A DNA stretch of 64,000 nucleotides from positions 33,641,342 through 33,705,341 of the forward strand of contig NC_068990.1 in assembly GCF_001194135.2 (NCBI RefSeq), in the 5' to 3' direction. The first letter of the stretch is position 1; the number at the start of each line of letters is the position of its first letter. Below, piece by piece: positions 13,559 to 26,199 of this stretch. This DNA is from Octopus bimaculoides. Lineage: Eukaryota. The position numbers and the translations under genes were made by a program. The notes below the pieces were generated by a model, which was not told where the DNA came from, did no database searches, and worked only from the letters and a program-made list of their open reading frames with translations.

Positions 13559-13840
13559 TAGCCTGGAGAGGGATGGGTGCTGCTAGAATTTTTTATCCTA
13601 GGTATGCTGCATGGCTGCAATACCCTAATGACCCCCAAGTTAAGGGACTTACCAATTGACAACAGCCATGGGCATCAAGAGAAATGACTGTATGAAATGA
13701 AGGGAGGTATTTAATACTCATCAGTCTTAGACTAAAATATACACCTGAGCACAAAAGAATTAATGTTTGGTATCAGAGAAATTTTGGTAGCTTTTAATTG
13801 GTCTCTTATTTTGTTTTTAATTAACTTATTTCTATTAAAT

Positions 13841-14181
13841 AAGGTAAAGGCCCCCTTCAGTCATGAATGACCATGAGATTGCACCTAGAAAGTTACCCTC
13901 CAAGGCACAAGTCCACGCAAGGTTGTTTACGGAAGACCAGCAGTTGTTCATGCATATCAGCCTCCACTCTCTACACCACCGATGTTATCCAAGGGAAAGG
14001 CAAAGGCCAATACAGTTTGGCATCAGTGATGTTGCAGCTCATTTCTACAGAAGAGAGAACTGGAGCAACATGAAATAAAGTGACTTGCTCCAGAACACAA
14101 CACACAGCCTGGTCCGGGAATTGAACTTATTACCTCATGATTGTGAGCCCAACGCTCTAACCACTGAGCCATGCACCTTCA
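13841..14181 (-). mobile_element. SINE family C (long subtype)
   Basis: tRNA-like head on the minus strand at the right end (ctctaaccactgagccatgcacc); body homologous to 15185-15551 and 61875-62212. Confidence 0.85.
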
Positions 14182-14544
14182 CTATTCCCATTATTTATAC
14201 CATAAAATAAATATAATTTCTAAATCAACCAGTATTTTCATTTTAGATATAAGACAATAAGATCTGCTACATTTTCAACATCAAACATAGTTTAACCCTT
14301 TAGCATTCAGATTACTCTGTCAAATGTAATGCTTATTTATTGACATTATTTCCAATTAATCCTGCATTATCCCATAGCCTCAAGATTTTTTTTGATATGA
14401 CTGCTTATTTTTAGATTAGCATAGCAGGATAGGTGAGATGCAAGATCTGGTCAATTTGAATATAACACAAGGAGAATATTTGGGTTTGAAGGCTAAAATG
14501 TTAAAGACAAAAGCACATTTAACAAATGTTGAGAAAATAAATTC

Positions 14545-14810
14545 ATCATCGCTGTTTAATGTCCATCTTCCATGCTGGCATAGGTAGAACAGGAGCCAGC
14601 CAGGTAGAAAACTACCTCATGCTACTGTGTCTGTTTTGGCAAGGTTTTTATGGCTGGATGCCCTTCCTAGCACCAACCACTCCGTAGAGTGGACTAAGTG
14701 CTTTTTATGTGGCACCAGCACAGATGAGGTCAGTTTTGACATGATTTTTACAGCTGGATGCCCTTCCAAATACCAACCACTTTACAGTGTGGACTGGATG
14801 CTTCTTACAT
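14545..14810 (-). mobile_element. RTE-tail-derived repeat with an internal duplication
   Basis: catcatcgctgtttaatgtccatcttccatgctggcat start; ggctggatgcccttcc...caaccact...gtggact occurs twice. Confidence 0.65.
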
Positions 14811-14879
14811 GGTGCATTAACCTTGCTAATATAGGCACAATGGTTGAAATTTCATGGCAAAGGGAACTAGTCAATTATA

Positions 14880-15010
14880 TCAACCCCACTGCTCAACTCC
14901 CAAAAGGACGAAAGGAGAAAAATGATCTCAGTAGAATTTGAACTCTGAATGTAAAGCTAGAAAAAATGCCACTAAATATTTTTTCCCATGCAGTAATGAT
15001 TCTACCAATT
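14880..15010 (-). mobile_element. SINE family B fragment
   Basis: aaaaggacgaaagg...gaatttgaactctgaatg...gattctaccaattcacc, reverse of the family B head. Confidence 0.65.
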
Positions 15011-15184
15011 CACCACTGTCAACGATAACAATTAAAATTAACATTTACATTCTTCAGAAGAAACTAGTGGGAAAATGACATCATTAGTTATATAAATGAG
15101 AGTGGAGTTTTACTAGATAGAGATGTAAAATTTAACTTCTCTCTCTGAGATGTTATAGTTTAACCATTATGAGACTTGAGAGAC

Positions 15185-15551
15185 TTGACTCTGTCAGTCA
15201 TGAATGACCATGGGTGCACCTCAGAGGTTCCACTCCAGGGTACAAGTCTGGGGAAAAAGGTCACCTCACTGGTGAACACACAACCTAGGGTTGTTTTATG
15301 GAAAACTAGCTGTTGCCCATGCATAAAAGCCTTCCCTCTCCATGCCACCAATGTTATCCAAGGGAAAGGCAAATGCCAATACAGTTTGGTACCAGTGATA
15401 TCGCATCTCATTTCTACAGCTGAGGGAACTGGAGCAATGTGAAATAAAGTATCTTGCTCAAGAACATAACATGCAACCCAGTCCAGGAATCAAATTCACC
15501 ACCTCACGATTGTAAGTTCAATGCTCTAACCACTGATCCATGTGCCTTCAC
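15185..15551 (-). mobile_element. SINE family C (long subtype)
   Basis: Homologous to 13841-14181 (atgttatccaagggaaaggcaaa...ctggagcaatgtgaaataaag...ctctaaccactga). Confidence 0.85.
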
Positions 15552-15819
15552 AGTTTTTTTTCTTTTAGTTGAACCATTTATATGCACAATAACTCAACCA
15601 TTTTGTAAGTGTTTAGCAGCTGGTACTGAGGTTGTACCTTCAGTTAGTGTAGTGCTTACAATTCTGAGCTCAAAGTGTGTTACAATCAAGTAAAGTTTTA
15701 AAGCAGCAAAATGCTAATATATTGGAAATAGCTGTTATGTACTGGGACAGTGTGAGACATTCTACACAATTTGCAGTTTACTTCACTGGTTTGTAAGCAC
15801 CAGATCATTTGGAAATATT

Positions 15820-16032
15820 CTTTTCTACTCTAGGCACAAGGCCCGAACTTTTGGGGGAGGGGTACCAGTTGATTAGATCAATCCCAGTAAGCAAGTGGTA
15901 CTTGATTTATCGATCCTGAAAGGATGAAAGGCAACGTCGACCTCGGTGGAATTTGAACTCAGAATGTAAAGACAGACAAAATACTGCTAAGTATTTCACC
16001 CGGCGTGCTAATATTTCTGCCAGCTCGCTGCC
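15820..16032 (-). mobile_element. SINE family B
   Basis: ttttctactctaggcacaaggcccgaa...gtcgacctcggtggaatttgaactcagaa...ctgccagctcgctgcct. Confidence 0.85.
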
Positions 16033-16049
16033 TCGATCATTTGGCAATT

Positions 16050-16970
16050 TTACATACAGGCTGGCATCCCAATCAGGGAGTTGAAAACACACAAGGCATT
16101 CGGGCTCCATTTTTCAAGAATAGCTTGAAGTAATGGCGAACAGTCAATGACATTGAAGAGCATAAAGAATAAAACTGTAATTGAGAAAATGCTAGCTGAC
16201 ATGGAGGACTGGAAGCCATCAGAATGTTGGAGAAGAGTTATCTGTGTCATGATGATTCATGCCAGATATCAAAATTTTGCCATCATCACAGCGGCTCAAT
16301 GTTTTAAGAACACTGTAAAAAAATATAAGACATGACATGTAACAGCTGCAACAAAAACTACGAAGCAATAGCCAACAGGAAGGGCACAGCAAGCATTCTG
16401 ACTGCATCCACATGCTGTAATTCATCCTCACATCTTAGAACAGAGCTTAGGATCAATTCAGATAGCTATGTGAAGCTGATGAAAACTGTGGTCAATCCCC
16501 TAGCTGGAAAAGAGTTGCTGCTGGAAGGTTATTTATACATGAAGGCCATTTAGCTCCTTGCCATATCTCCAGAAGAAGTTAGAAGTGGTTGCTGGAGAAT
16601 TCTTATGACTTCACCAGCTCCAATTTCTGTCCTCCTAATCCTGCTAATTGTAAGCCTATGGGTTGCTACGTGTGGGATGCAGTTAAGAAAGACAGTCACA
16701 AACCACTCTGTCTGAAACACCAGCACCGAACTAAAGGACAAGATTGAGGAGGTGTAAGGACACATGAAAACTGCATGCACCAATCTCTAGAGCCACCTTG
16801 AGGCTGTAATGAAAACTGAGGCTGGCTACTTTCAGTAACCTGTTATTTCCCAGCCATAATCTAATTGATGCTTTTTGATTTTTTAAAAAATACCCTTACT
16901 TATGCTTTGGCTATTGTGGTATCGTTTTCTTTTGTTCAAACTGTCAAATTTAACTAGAACACCCTGTATA
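16050..16970 (+). mobile_element. Decayed Tc1/mariner-superfamily DNA transposon
   Basis: Frameshifted transposase pieces: WKPSECWRRVICVMMIHA..IITAAQC (N-terminal), LRINSDSYVKLMKTVVNP, and YDFTSSNFCPPNPANCKPMGCYVWDAV (cf. WPPNSPDLNP.DY.VW). Right end aacaccctgta|ta is the reverse of a ta|cagggtg terminus. Confidence 0.75.
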
Positions 16971-17340
16971 TTTCAACTAATATAACACTAGTAAAGGATA
17001 CCCAGTACTAGTAGCCATTTGACTAGCTGAAATAATTTTAACTTGATATTGTCACTAAAATAAAAATTGATTTGATATGAAGATTGATCAGATTTACAAA
17101 GGAGGTATAAATTCTTTTTTAACTTGTGTTAATGCCACTGAATATGTAGTTGGGCCATGATAAACTATTTTAAATGGAAGAGAGGACATTTTGAATAACA
17201 AGGAGAAACCGTTTGAAATAGCAGCTGGTGATGTGGCTACACATAATGATAATTAAGTTTCTAATAATAAATGATGGACAAAGATAATGAAAAATGTCAC
17301 AGTGAAACAACATCAATTACACTACTACGCACATGCAATC

Positions 17341-17371
<31 letters not shown>

Positions 17372-17376
17372 TCTCA

Positions 17377-17417
<41 letters not shown>

Positions 17418-17577
17418 AGAAACAACATGTCTCATAAAAGATGGGTGCTGTGATTTTTATCCTATTACCATGAACGCTTATGGTATAAGTGAAAGGACAT
17501 TTCATTAAGGAAATGAATATAAATCTTGTTTAACCAAAGGCTAGTCCATTACTATATTCATTACTGCATTATATGTC

Positions 17578-17626
<49 letters not shown>

Positions 17627-17724
17627 CTATGGTACAAATACTACAGTCAATGGCATTACATATACATACATACACATAATGATTTTGCTTAGCCATATTA
17701 GTAGTGATAGCTACTTATAAGAAC

Positions 17725-17802
17725 TCCATATAGCTTTGGGCTGACCAAAACTTTGTGAGTGGATTTGGTGGATGGAGACTGAAAGAAGCTCATCATATAT
17801 TA

Positions 17803-17843
<41 letters not shown>

Positions 17844-18040
17844 TGTTGTCCTGCCACAATCACTTGATAACCAGTATTGTTTTGTTTATGTCCCTGTAAC
17901 TTAGCAGTTTAGCAAAGAGAGACAGATGGAATAAGTACCAGACTGAAAGCATAAGTACTGGGATTGATTTGTTCAGGTAAACCGTTTAAGGTGGTGCTGC
18001 AGCATAGCCACAATCCAATGACTGAAGCAAGTAAAAGTAA
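17725..18040 (+). mobile_element. SINE family A, 5'-truncated, with internal (TG)n
   Basis: gggctgaccaaaactttgtgagtggatttggtg...ggtggtgctgcagcatagcc...gaagcaagtaaaag. Confidence 0.8.
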
Positions 18041-18044
18041 AATT

Positions 18045-18425
18045 ATATCACTGTGTGGCACCTCGGGCAAGTGTCTTCTATTATAGCCTTGGGCTGACCA
18101 AAGCCTTGTGAGTGGATTTGGCAGATGGAAACTGAAAGAAGCCCATCATATATGTGTGTGTGTGAGTGTGTATGTGTGTATGTGTGTGTGTGCACTTTCG
18201 TGTTTGTGTTTGCATTTGCCACCATCACCACCATTTGACAACCAGTGTTGGTGTGTTTATATCCTCATAACTTAGTGGCTTGGCAAAAGGGACCGATAGA
18301 ATACGTATCAGACTTAAAAAAAAATAATATGTACTGGGGTTGATTTGTTTGACTAAAATTTCTTAAGGTGGTGACCCAGCATGACCACAGTCTAGTGAGT
18401 GGAACAAGCAAAAGATAGAAGATAA
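18045..18425 (+). mobile_element. SINE family A, in tandem with the previous copy
   Basis: cactgtgtggcacctcgggcaagtgtcttctattatagcc...ggtggtgacccagcatgacc. Confidence 0.85.
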
Positions 18426-18848
18426 CTGTTATGAAGAAGACCCTTAAAAATATACTTCATGCTTCAACAACGCTTTCTAACTTAATAGAAAGTTAATAAT
18501 AATCTAGAGTGTCCAATTTATCAATCCCAAAAATCTCTCATGTGGATACACATCTGGTTGCTTTTCACTGGACAACAGAGAAACCATAGATAAATGCCTT
18601 CATGCATATGGATAGATAAGTACATAGAATAGGAACTCATGCAAGAGAGAAATATAGAAATGAATGGAACAAAACATGCATTCCAACATTATCCGAGATA
18701 AATGCCATACATACCTCAGACTCATGGTAAAGCATTTGAAGATATAAAGAAATATGTTAACAACAAGAAAAATATGATTGTTATTACAAAAATAATGATG
18801 ACTGACATTGAGGGAAAGTGTTTATATTTTTTGCTTTTTTAATTCTTC

Positions 18849-18849
<1 letters not shown>

Positions 18850-18938
<89 letters not shown>
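18850..18938. repeat. (CAT)n microsatellite
   Basis: Directly visible. Confidence 0.95.
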
Positions 18939-18939
<1 letters not shown>

Positions 18940-21900
18940 GTTTAAGAAACATCTTACAAGATTATGTAGTTAATTCAATCAATCCCTTATTTATCAGTTG
19001 ATGCTTTGTATACTCCCAGAAGTATAACAGCTCAGCCTCGGTGAGATTTGAACTGACAACGTAAAGTGATATCAATAGATATCACAAATTGTTTAATCCA
19101 ATGTTCCACTATTTCTGCCTTCCACTTTTTTTCTTCAGCATCATGAGTAATTCACAGAGAAGAGGAGGAAAAGTTTGGCAATGTTTGCACAACAATAACT
19201 CATTGACTGGTTTATTTTCTTCCCCCATTGCTGTGGCTTACATTCAACATTAATAGTACAGTCAGAAGTAGTAGCATGAGCAATGCTTTTGCTCATCAAC
19301 AGACATAAACAGCCACTTGGCCTCCCTCATTCTTGACCCAGTGAAATATCCATTCTGAATATGGTCAGTTGACACAGACCAGTTTCATCACTCTCACCCA
19401 CTTTTCAGTAAATCCACTAGAGGGTAGCACCTACCTCTCCAATATCTCCTTCCTATGCAAGTGGAAGTTGAAAAAACTGATGAGGACCTGGTTGAAGAGG
19501 AAGGCGTCCATCCTCAGTTCTTTCAGTTATGTCCATCATACAGTGTCTTTTGCTATGTTTTTTTTGACCAAAGGAAAACAGCAGGTCTGTCCTGGCAGTA
19601 GGCTAGGCTGTTATCTCTATCAGTCCTTACAACTGTTTGACAAAACACAGTGCCATTTTAGCCACATTATAGGCCCCTGGGTAAATTAACGCACTGAGTC
19701 ATATACTATTTATTTATTGACAGCAAGCCACAGCATATACACATCAGAATTCCATAGACCCATGAGGCTCCTGGGCAATTGCCCTAGGTGCTCATGCATT
19801 AGGTGAGACCTGGCAAGGCAACAATACTCAGACTCTAAACAAGTGCACACAGACATATGTCTTAGATAAACCCATGTAGTACCATCACCGTTCTTGTAGA
19901 GTTTATCGAGAATTAATAATGCTTCCTGGTAGCATTGCCAAGTTAGAAATTTCTGGAAGCTGACCATAGTCCCCTGGTTGCAAATTCTCTAGAATAGGCC
20001 ATTCAGTTAATCATTATTGTTTCCCAGCATCAGTCTCACTGAAAAATAATTTTTTAAATTAACAAGTGTTGACAGAAGCTGCATAGTTTAGTGAAGCTAA
20101 GAAAACTAATGACACTTTATTGTATTTAGTAGATACTATTGACCTAGTTATGTATTTGAAAAGTGCTTTCAAAGACAGAAGATTCTATAAAGCATCTTTG
20201 CTTACTTTCTATCTAAGTAATGAGAGAAATCTTTGCTAAAAGCTGAAAACTATATTTACAGTGATGAGAATTAAGAAAGTTGCTGAAATAAATAACTCAT
20301 CAGGCAATTCCTACAGAATTAATTTGGACATATGTCTAATAAATAGCAAGCAATATTTGTAGATATCAAAGTATAATTCCTCAATGTATACAGTATATGA
20401 TGGTTGTTGATTCTGATTTGATGTGCTTTCTTCATGCTTCACTTCAAATTGATGTCTCAAGAAGTAGTCTAGTTAGGTATTCTACAGAGAAATATCTTAG
20501 CAACAATCCCATTCACTTTGACAGGCTTATTAATATACGAAAGATCTGTTCTTGAAGAATCTTCTCAGAATATACAGGTGTTGTATCTCAGTAACATTTA
20601 TGGCATAAACTCTGAGATCAACTTTCATTTCATTAATGGTTCACAAAATATTCAAAGTGTATAAATTAAGTAAATATAAAGTAATTACTTAATCCAAGTC
20701 CGAATATGAAAAAAGATGATTTCCTTTGATTGGTTTCATCAAGGGAAACTATTTGTTTGGTGTTATTAAACAGAGTAAATATAAAACTCAACTAAATACA
20801 TTGAAAGCAAAAACACAGAATTCTTTGAAATTTTGTAGGGAACCAATTTATAGCCATGAATAAAGTGATTATTAAAAATTCTATTTAACAAAATAATTAA
20901 TTTGCAGTTGCCATTAGTACAGACTCAGCCAAAGATATTTTTTAGTTCATATATATATTCCTAATAACATTTTATTGATATTTCTGTAACTCTTGGTTGC
21001 TAAAGTGATTCCGACTGGTATATTTTGCAGATTTATTCATATCTTCTAGAATACTGATAAATTAATTTTTTCGTTTTGCCCTAATTTTTTTCTTTTCCAG
21101 TGCCACCAAGAATTCTTGTAGAGTTCTGTTTTTTATTATATTTCTTTGTTTCCTAATTGTATTTACAGCTGTTTGTTTTTTCTCAATGGAATCATTTACT
21201 TCATCTTCAATTTCTAGTTCATTTCATACCAATTAGTAGAAGATTGGAACCTTATCTATACACACATGTGTGCCTGTCTATAGAAACGGGACACTGGCTG
21301 ACATACAGACATATATATATATATATATATGTATATACATATATATAGACATATAGATATATATATACATTCAAACATACATGCATACAAAACACACACA
21401 TACATGCACAGATCTGTTTGTATTTATAAATGAATGCATACACATATATATGTCTGTCAGTCTGTCTCTTTCAGTCATCTGGAATTGACATCATTCTATA
21501 ATGTTTGTAAGAAAGGGTTATAATGCCTCTTATCTATTATACTATGATTCTTCAAGATCTTGCAATGGGAATATACCATTTGTAAACAATTCATTAAACT
21601 TGTAAACAGGATAAAACTTTAGTGTGGGTGAAATAAAAAGGTAAGTACATCTTTCCTGTGCTACAGATGTGGAGAAAAAAGTGGAAGTTTTTCGACTTCC
21701 ACTTTTCAACAGTTTGTTGTCTGCTTCTCAGACAAAAAATGCTCAACTTACTTCATCAATTAATAGCATAGATCAGCTACTAAATAAAGCAGTCAAAAAT
21801 CAGACTAGTACCATGGTGGATAATTCATTATACTGACTTGAGCATAGTCTGAACACTGGTTTTATGATGAAGTTTATCTATCTAAAATACCAAAATTACT

Positions 21901-22512
21901 GTAGAAATTCTCATCTATCTATATATCTTGAAATAAAAACCGTTCAATATTAGTAACAATTAGTGAATGCTATATTAGGAGATAAAATTGCTGTATATGA
22001 CTCAGTAAATAATACACTTTCTAACTCGATAAAAATATAAAGATTTCTGTCAGAAATTGTTGTAGTTCAAAGATTCATCTTATCCTATTTAAACCTAGAC
22101 AACACTTCATCCAGCTGTGAGTCAGAGTTGTGAAATGGTAATTAATTTATCACTAATCTACAGTCGAATCATTCTAAAATTGGGAGATACAAGATATGAA
22201 GGATATCAGACTAAAACAAAGTTTATATGAGCTGAGTTAAAACTTAGAATAATGACAGCAAATAATAAATATATCATTAATAATTACATTGCATGCTTGA
22301 AGAAATGTTAAGCAATGTTGTCTCTTATGAACAAAAACAGTATACATCTGAATAGCTTGTAAAGTCCAACATGAAATCTTTATGACAGGCGGACAATGTT
22401 TAATTTAGAACAGGCACACATTATAAGATTAAACTACAAGTTACAATACAACTGTCTAGTTAATTTAAAACTGTATTACAATGTAGCAGAAGATTTCACT
22501 ATAGAAATGTGC

Positions 22513-22515
<3 letters not shown>

Positions 22516-22577
<62 letters not shown>

Positions 22578-22612
22578 CATACATACATATATACATACAT
22601 ACATATATGTAC
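22516..22612. repeat. (AT)n/(ATAC)n microsatellite
   Basis: Directly visible. Confidence 0.95.
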
Positions 22613-23619
22613 ATATACTTCAAGCAATTTGTCAGTCTTTTTAACTCACTATTACAACCCGTCTGTCTGTACATCTCTGTATAACTCTATTTATTGCTCC
22701 ATATGACCTTCTTTCTTATTAACCATGTAAATATGTATGTATATTCCATCATTTTATAGAGATTCAGTAAAAATCCAAGCAATGAAAAATGAATGATAAG
22801 CAATGGTTTCATAATATTAAAAAAGACAAAAAAAAAAAGCCATCAAAAATAAATATCAGTAAAAGGTGTTTAAAAATATAAAATGTTCTACTGGGAGAAA
22901 AAAAAATTATACAGCCAGTTTTTTAAACTCATATTTATGACAGTGGACACAGAAAGATTGATATATAGGGAAGTCAATTAAAATAATAATATTCAAATAA
23001 ATATTTATGAGTGGTACTATGGAAAAAAAAGATAGAGTAGTAATAGTAGTTGCAGTGGTATAGTGGTATGTGCTGTCACAGTGTATCACTGTATCCACCA
23101 TTTGTTGGTGATCCCTACATCAGACAAACGAGATACACATTTGAGTTACTCAGGTGACAACCCTCCAGCCCATGAGTCTGCTTGGGTAGTCATTGTTGGT
23201 GTGTGGTTTTTTTTTGTGGTTGGTGTGCAAATCCTACCTCAACCTCTTTTAGTCGACTTATTTGACATGCAGAGGAAACGTTAGGTCTTTTCTTTGACAT
23301 GCTTGTCTCCACACACCACATGGAAAACAAGAAAGAGACACCAAAAAAATTAATAAAAGTATTAAAAGCATATTTAGTTTTCCTCGTGATATCTATACAA
23401 CTAAAATGTGTGTATCATGAGCTCAAAATTTTGTAAGTTTCATATGTACACTTTATATAATATATGATAAACAGATGCCTGTACGTTTAATGTCTTCACC
23501 ATAATGATGACCAAAAACAGTGAAAAGATTATGAGAAAGAAAAGCAACAATATGATGTTCATAGCATGTGTATGTGCAAATACACATGCTGCGAACATCA
23601 TATTGTGGGTTTTGGGATC

Positions 23620-23875
23620 TCCACTACTTTATTATCTCCCCTTCTTCCTAGTTCTCCTGTGTGGCCCCTCTGTCCAGCATTAGCCATGATAGATCACTAT
23701 CCACTGCACATTCTTTATTTTCTCTCCTTGTTTCTTTCTGTGGAAGAGCGTAGGCTCAAAACGTTTAAGACTTTTTCACTTCCCAAGTGTTAAACTAATA
23801 AATCTGTTTGTTGTCTACACAACCTGTCTTCATCTTTTCTTTCTTTTTTGTGAATTCTCCCAATATATATACATT
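23620..23875 (+). mobile_element. Penelope-like terminal-repeat fragment with a decayed hammerhead-like motif
   Basis: Pyrimidine-rich tract, then ctgtggaagagcgtaggctcaaaacgtt (CUGANGA-helix-GAAAC-like) at 23738-23765. Confidence 0.45.
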
Positions 23876-24052
23876 CCCAACCAGTTTGAAGGTGACAGTA
23901 GAATTAGCTGCCCTGATATATTCATAATATAAAATTGCAATTATATATCTATATATATCTATTTATCTATCTGTATATATATATNNNNNNNNNNTATATA
24001 TGTATATACACCCCAACAAATACATATTTATATGTACACACACACAAACACA

Positions 24053-24271
24053 CAAAGATTTCTGAAAAGTTTCTGGCTTTACAGGAGGTATCATGAAAGG
24101 CCTGGTTAGAGGCCCAACCTTCCAAGCTCTTTTACGGGGCTTACAAAAACTGAATAACCACTACAGTAAGTGTGTGAATCTGAGAGGGAAATATGTTGAA
24201 CAAGATCCTAATTAACTTATCCTCCCGTATTTTCTTTTATCCAACGCCGAGAACTTTTCAGCACGTTTTTG
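24053..24271 (+). mobile_element. Mariner-derived MITE
   Basis: Imperfect TIRs ctgaaaagtttctggc and gccgagaacttttcag; internal GLQKLNNHYSKCVNLRGKYVEQ resembles a mariner transposase C-terminus; TA at the right flank. Confidence 0.7.
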
Positions 24272-24611
24272 TATATCATAATTAAGTTATAAGCATACAT
24301 ACACACACACAGGTATATAATGGATATTAATATAAAACAAAACTAATGATAAATCTTTCTTTATCTCTTCAACAGGCTTCTCCAGAACACTGACAAACTC
24401 AGTTAAAATTGTTTGCAAGAAAATCTTCCAATGTGTTTTTTTTTTTTTTTTCTTAATAAACTCTAAATTGCACAATTTAAAATTAGTTTGTAAAGTTAAT
24501 CATATCTTCTGCAGGAAACAAATGACGCAATATGACTTATGTTTTAAATAGCATTCAGTGTTTAAATTCGAAGTTTAAGTCTTTATAGTATAATACACAG
24601 CAATAAGATCG

Positions 24612-25001
24612 NNNNNNNNNNNNNNNNNNNNNNNNNNNNNNNNNNNNNNNNNNNNNNNNNNNNNNNNNNNNNNNNNNNNNNNNNNNNNNNNNNNNNNNNN
24701 NNNNNNNNNNNNNNNNNNNNNNNNNNNNNNNNNNNNNNNNNNNNNNNNNNNNNNNNNNNNNNNNNNNNNNNNNNNNNNNNNNNNNNNNNNNNNNNNNNNN
24801 NNNNNNNNNNNNNNNNNNNNNNNNNNNNNNNNNNNNNNNNNNNNNNNNNNNNNNNNNNNNNNNNNNNNNNNNNNNNNNNNNNNNNNNNNNNNNNNNNNNN
24901 NNNNNNNNNNNNNNNNNNNNNNNNNNNNNNNNNNNNNNNNNNNNNNNNNNNNNNNNNNNNNNNNNNNNNNNNNNNNNNNNNNNNNNNNNNNNNNNNNNNN
25001 N
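24612..25001. other. Assembly gap (390 N)
   Basis: N run. Other gaps are at 5854-5927, 11516-11525, 23985-23994, 41718-41727, 45582-45642, 53418-53427 and 57405-57737. Confidence 1.
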
Positions 25002-25002
25002 N

Positions 25003-25046
<44 letters not shown>

Positions 25047-25331
25047 CACACCTATCATTGGTATTATGTTAAACTGGTGTATGTCCAAATTTAGCCAAAT
25101 GTGTTTTTTTCAATATTTAGTTTTGTTTGTAGTAGCTGGTTTTTTTGGTCAAGCTATCAGATCTCCAACTGCTTCAGATGCCAAGATATCAAAACTTGTC
25201 AAAGTGTAGTACAACAGTTTTGCTATGGAATGGTAAAACTATGTTTTCGTTTTCTGAAAAAGCAATGTTTTGGACTTACGACACTTTTGCATAACAGCTA
25301 CGATATAATTAAACAATACAAATTGACTTAC

Positions 25332-25443
25332 CTCACTGTTGTCTGCTTCCATCAGGACATTTTTGGTTGCGTAGAGTGTTGGATGGGCCCAGGGGTTAGG
25401 TTCCAGCCAATGTCTATTCAAATCATAGCCCATCAATGAACAC
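25332..25443 (-). CDS. AGBL4: Internal coding exon of cytosolic carboxypeptidase 6 (AGBL4/CCP6, M14 family tubulin deglutamylase)
   Basis: On the minus strand a long poly-T tract ends in ggcaag|G, followed by 112 nt open in only one frame (1 nt + 37 codons) and a consensus donor GAG|gtaagt. The translation (R)CSLMGYDLNRHWLEPNPWAHPTLYATKNVLMEADNSE matches my recollection of vertebrate CCP6 ([31 protein letters not shown]). It fits CCP1 (RCSLSGEDLNRQW), CCP2/3 (RCSLAGRDLNRHY) and CCP5 less well. It contains the M14 Asn-Arg carboxylate-binding motif (DLNR). Confidence 0.9.
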
Positions 25444-26199
25444 CTTGCCAAAAAAAAAAACAAAAAAAAAAAAAAAACAGAATAAAACTTGGTTTCACTG
25501 AAAGACATTGTAATAAAAAGAGAAAACAGGACTGAGCAAATAGTTTATTGATTACGATTTAGAATTTCTGAGACAAACCAAATGCTTGTGACAGCAGATT
25601 AAGTAGCTATAAACATAGCACAGACAGTACAAAGTAGTTGAGAGGGAAATGGCGAACTAAAACTGATCCACAACAGAAGTAGGATTGCCATATTGTAGAA
25701 AAAGAGGAATGCAGTAACTAAAGAGTCATCATTAAGTCAGATTTATGTTGCATCTAAATTGTCCATAGTCAATACGAACAGAATATTGATATAGTAATAT
25801 GCTTATGTGTGTGTGTGTGTGTGTGAGTGTGTATTTATATATGTATGAAGAGATCAATAATTTTGACTTGATGTCTCAGATGGAAGATAAATGACCGACA
25901 GGTTTTCTGACTAATGTAGAATATGCTACATATATTTGTATATTTTATCAATCGTTTTCCATGAAATGCTAATATTTAGGCAAATCAGTAAAACCAGAAA
26001 TCACTGAAATACTTAGCAAGGACTCCAGCAACAAGGTTTCAAACAACACTGATGATTATTTTCTGTATTAAGCATATGGAGCAGAGACCTATTGCAAATT
26101 TGACCAACAGCAAAATAATTATAAACACTTGTGGCATGGTTAGAACCATGATTGATATGCTACAGTTCATAGCAGACACTCACACACAAATACACGCAT

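Larger units (their letters stand above)
1..25331 (-). other. Probable intron of AGBL4 downstream of the exon (at least 25 kb in window)
   Basis: Starts with gtaagt on the minus strand. A manual scan found no sequence encoding the expected next motif (FYIDIHAHS/NGFMYGN); an exon could be hidden in the 24612-25001 gap. Confidence 0.65.

Noticed and set aside
20203-20240. FSKDFSHYLDR peptide resembling the glucagon family
   Set aside because: Ten-residue coincidence bounded by stops; no precursor features.
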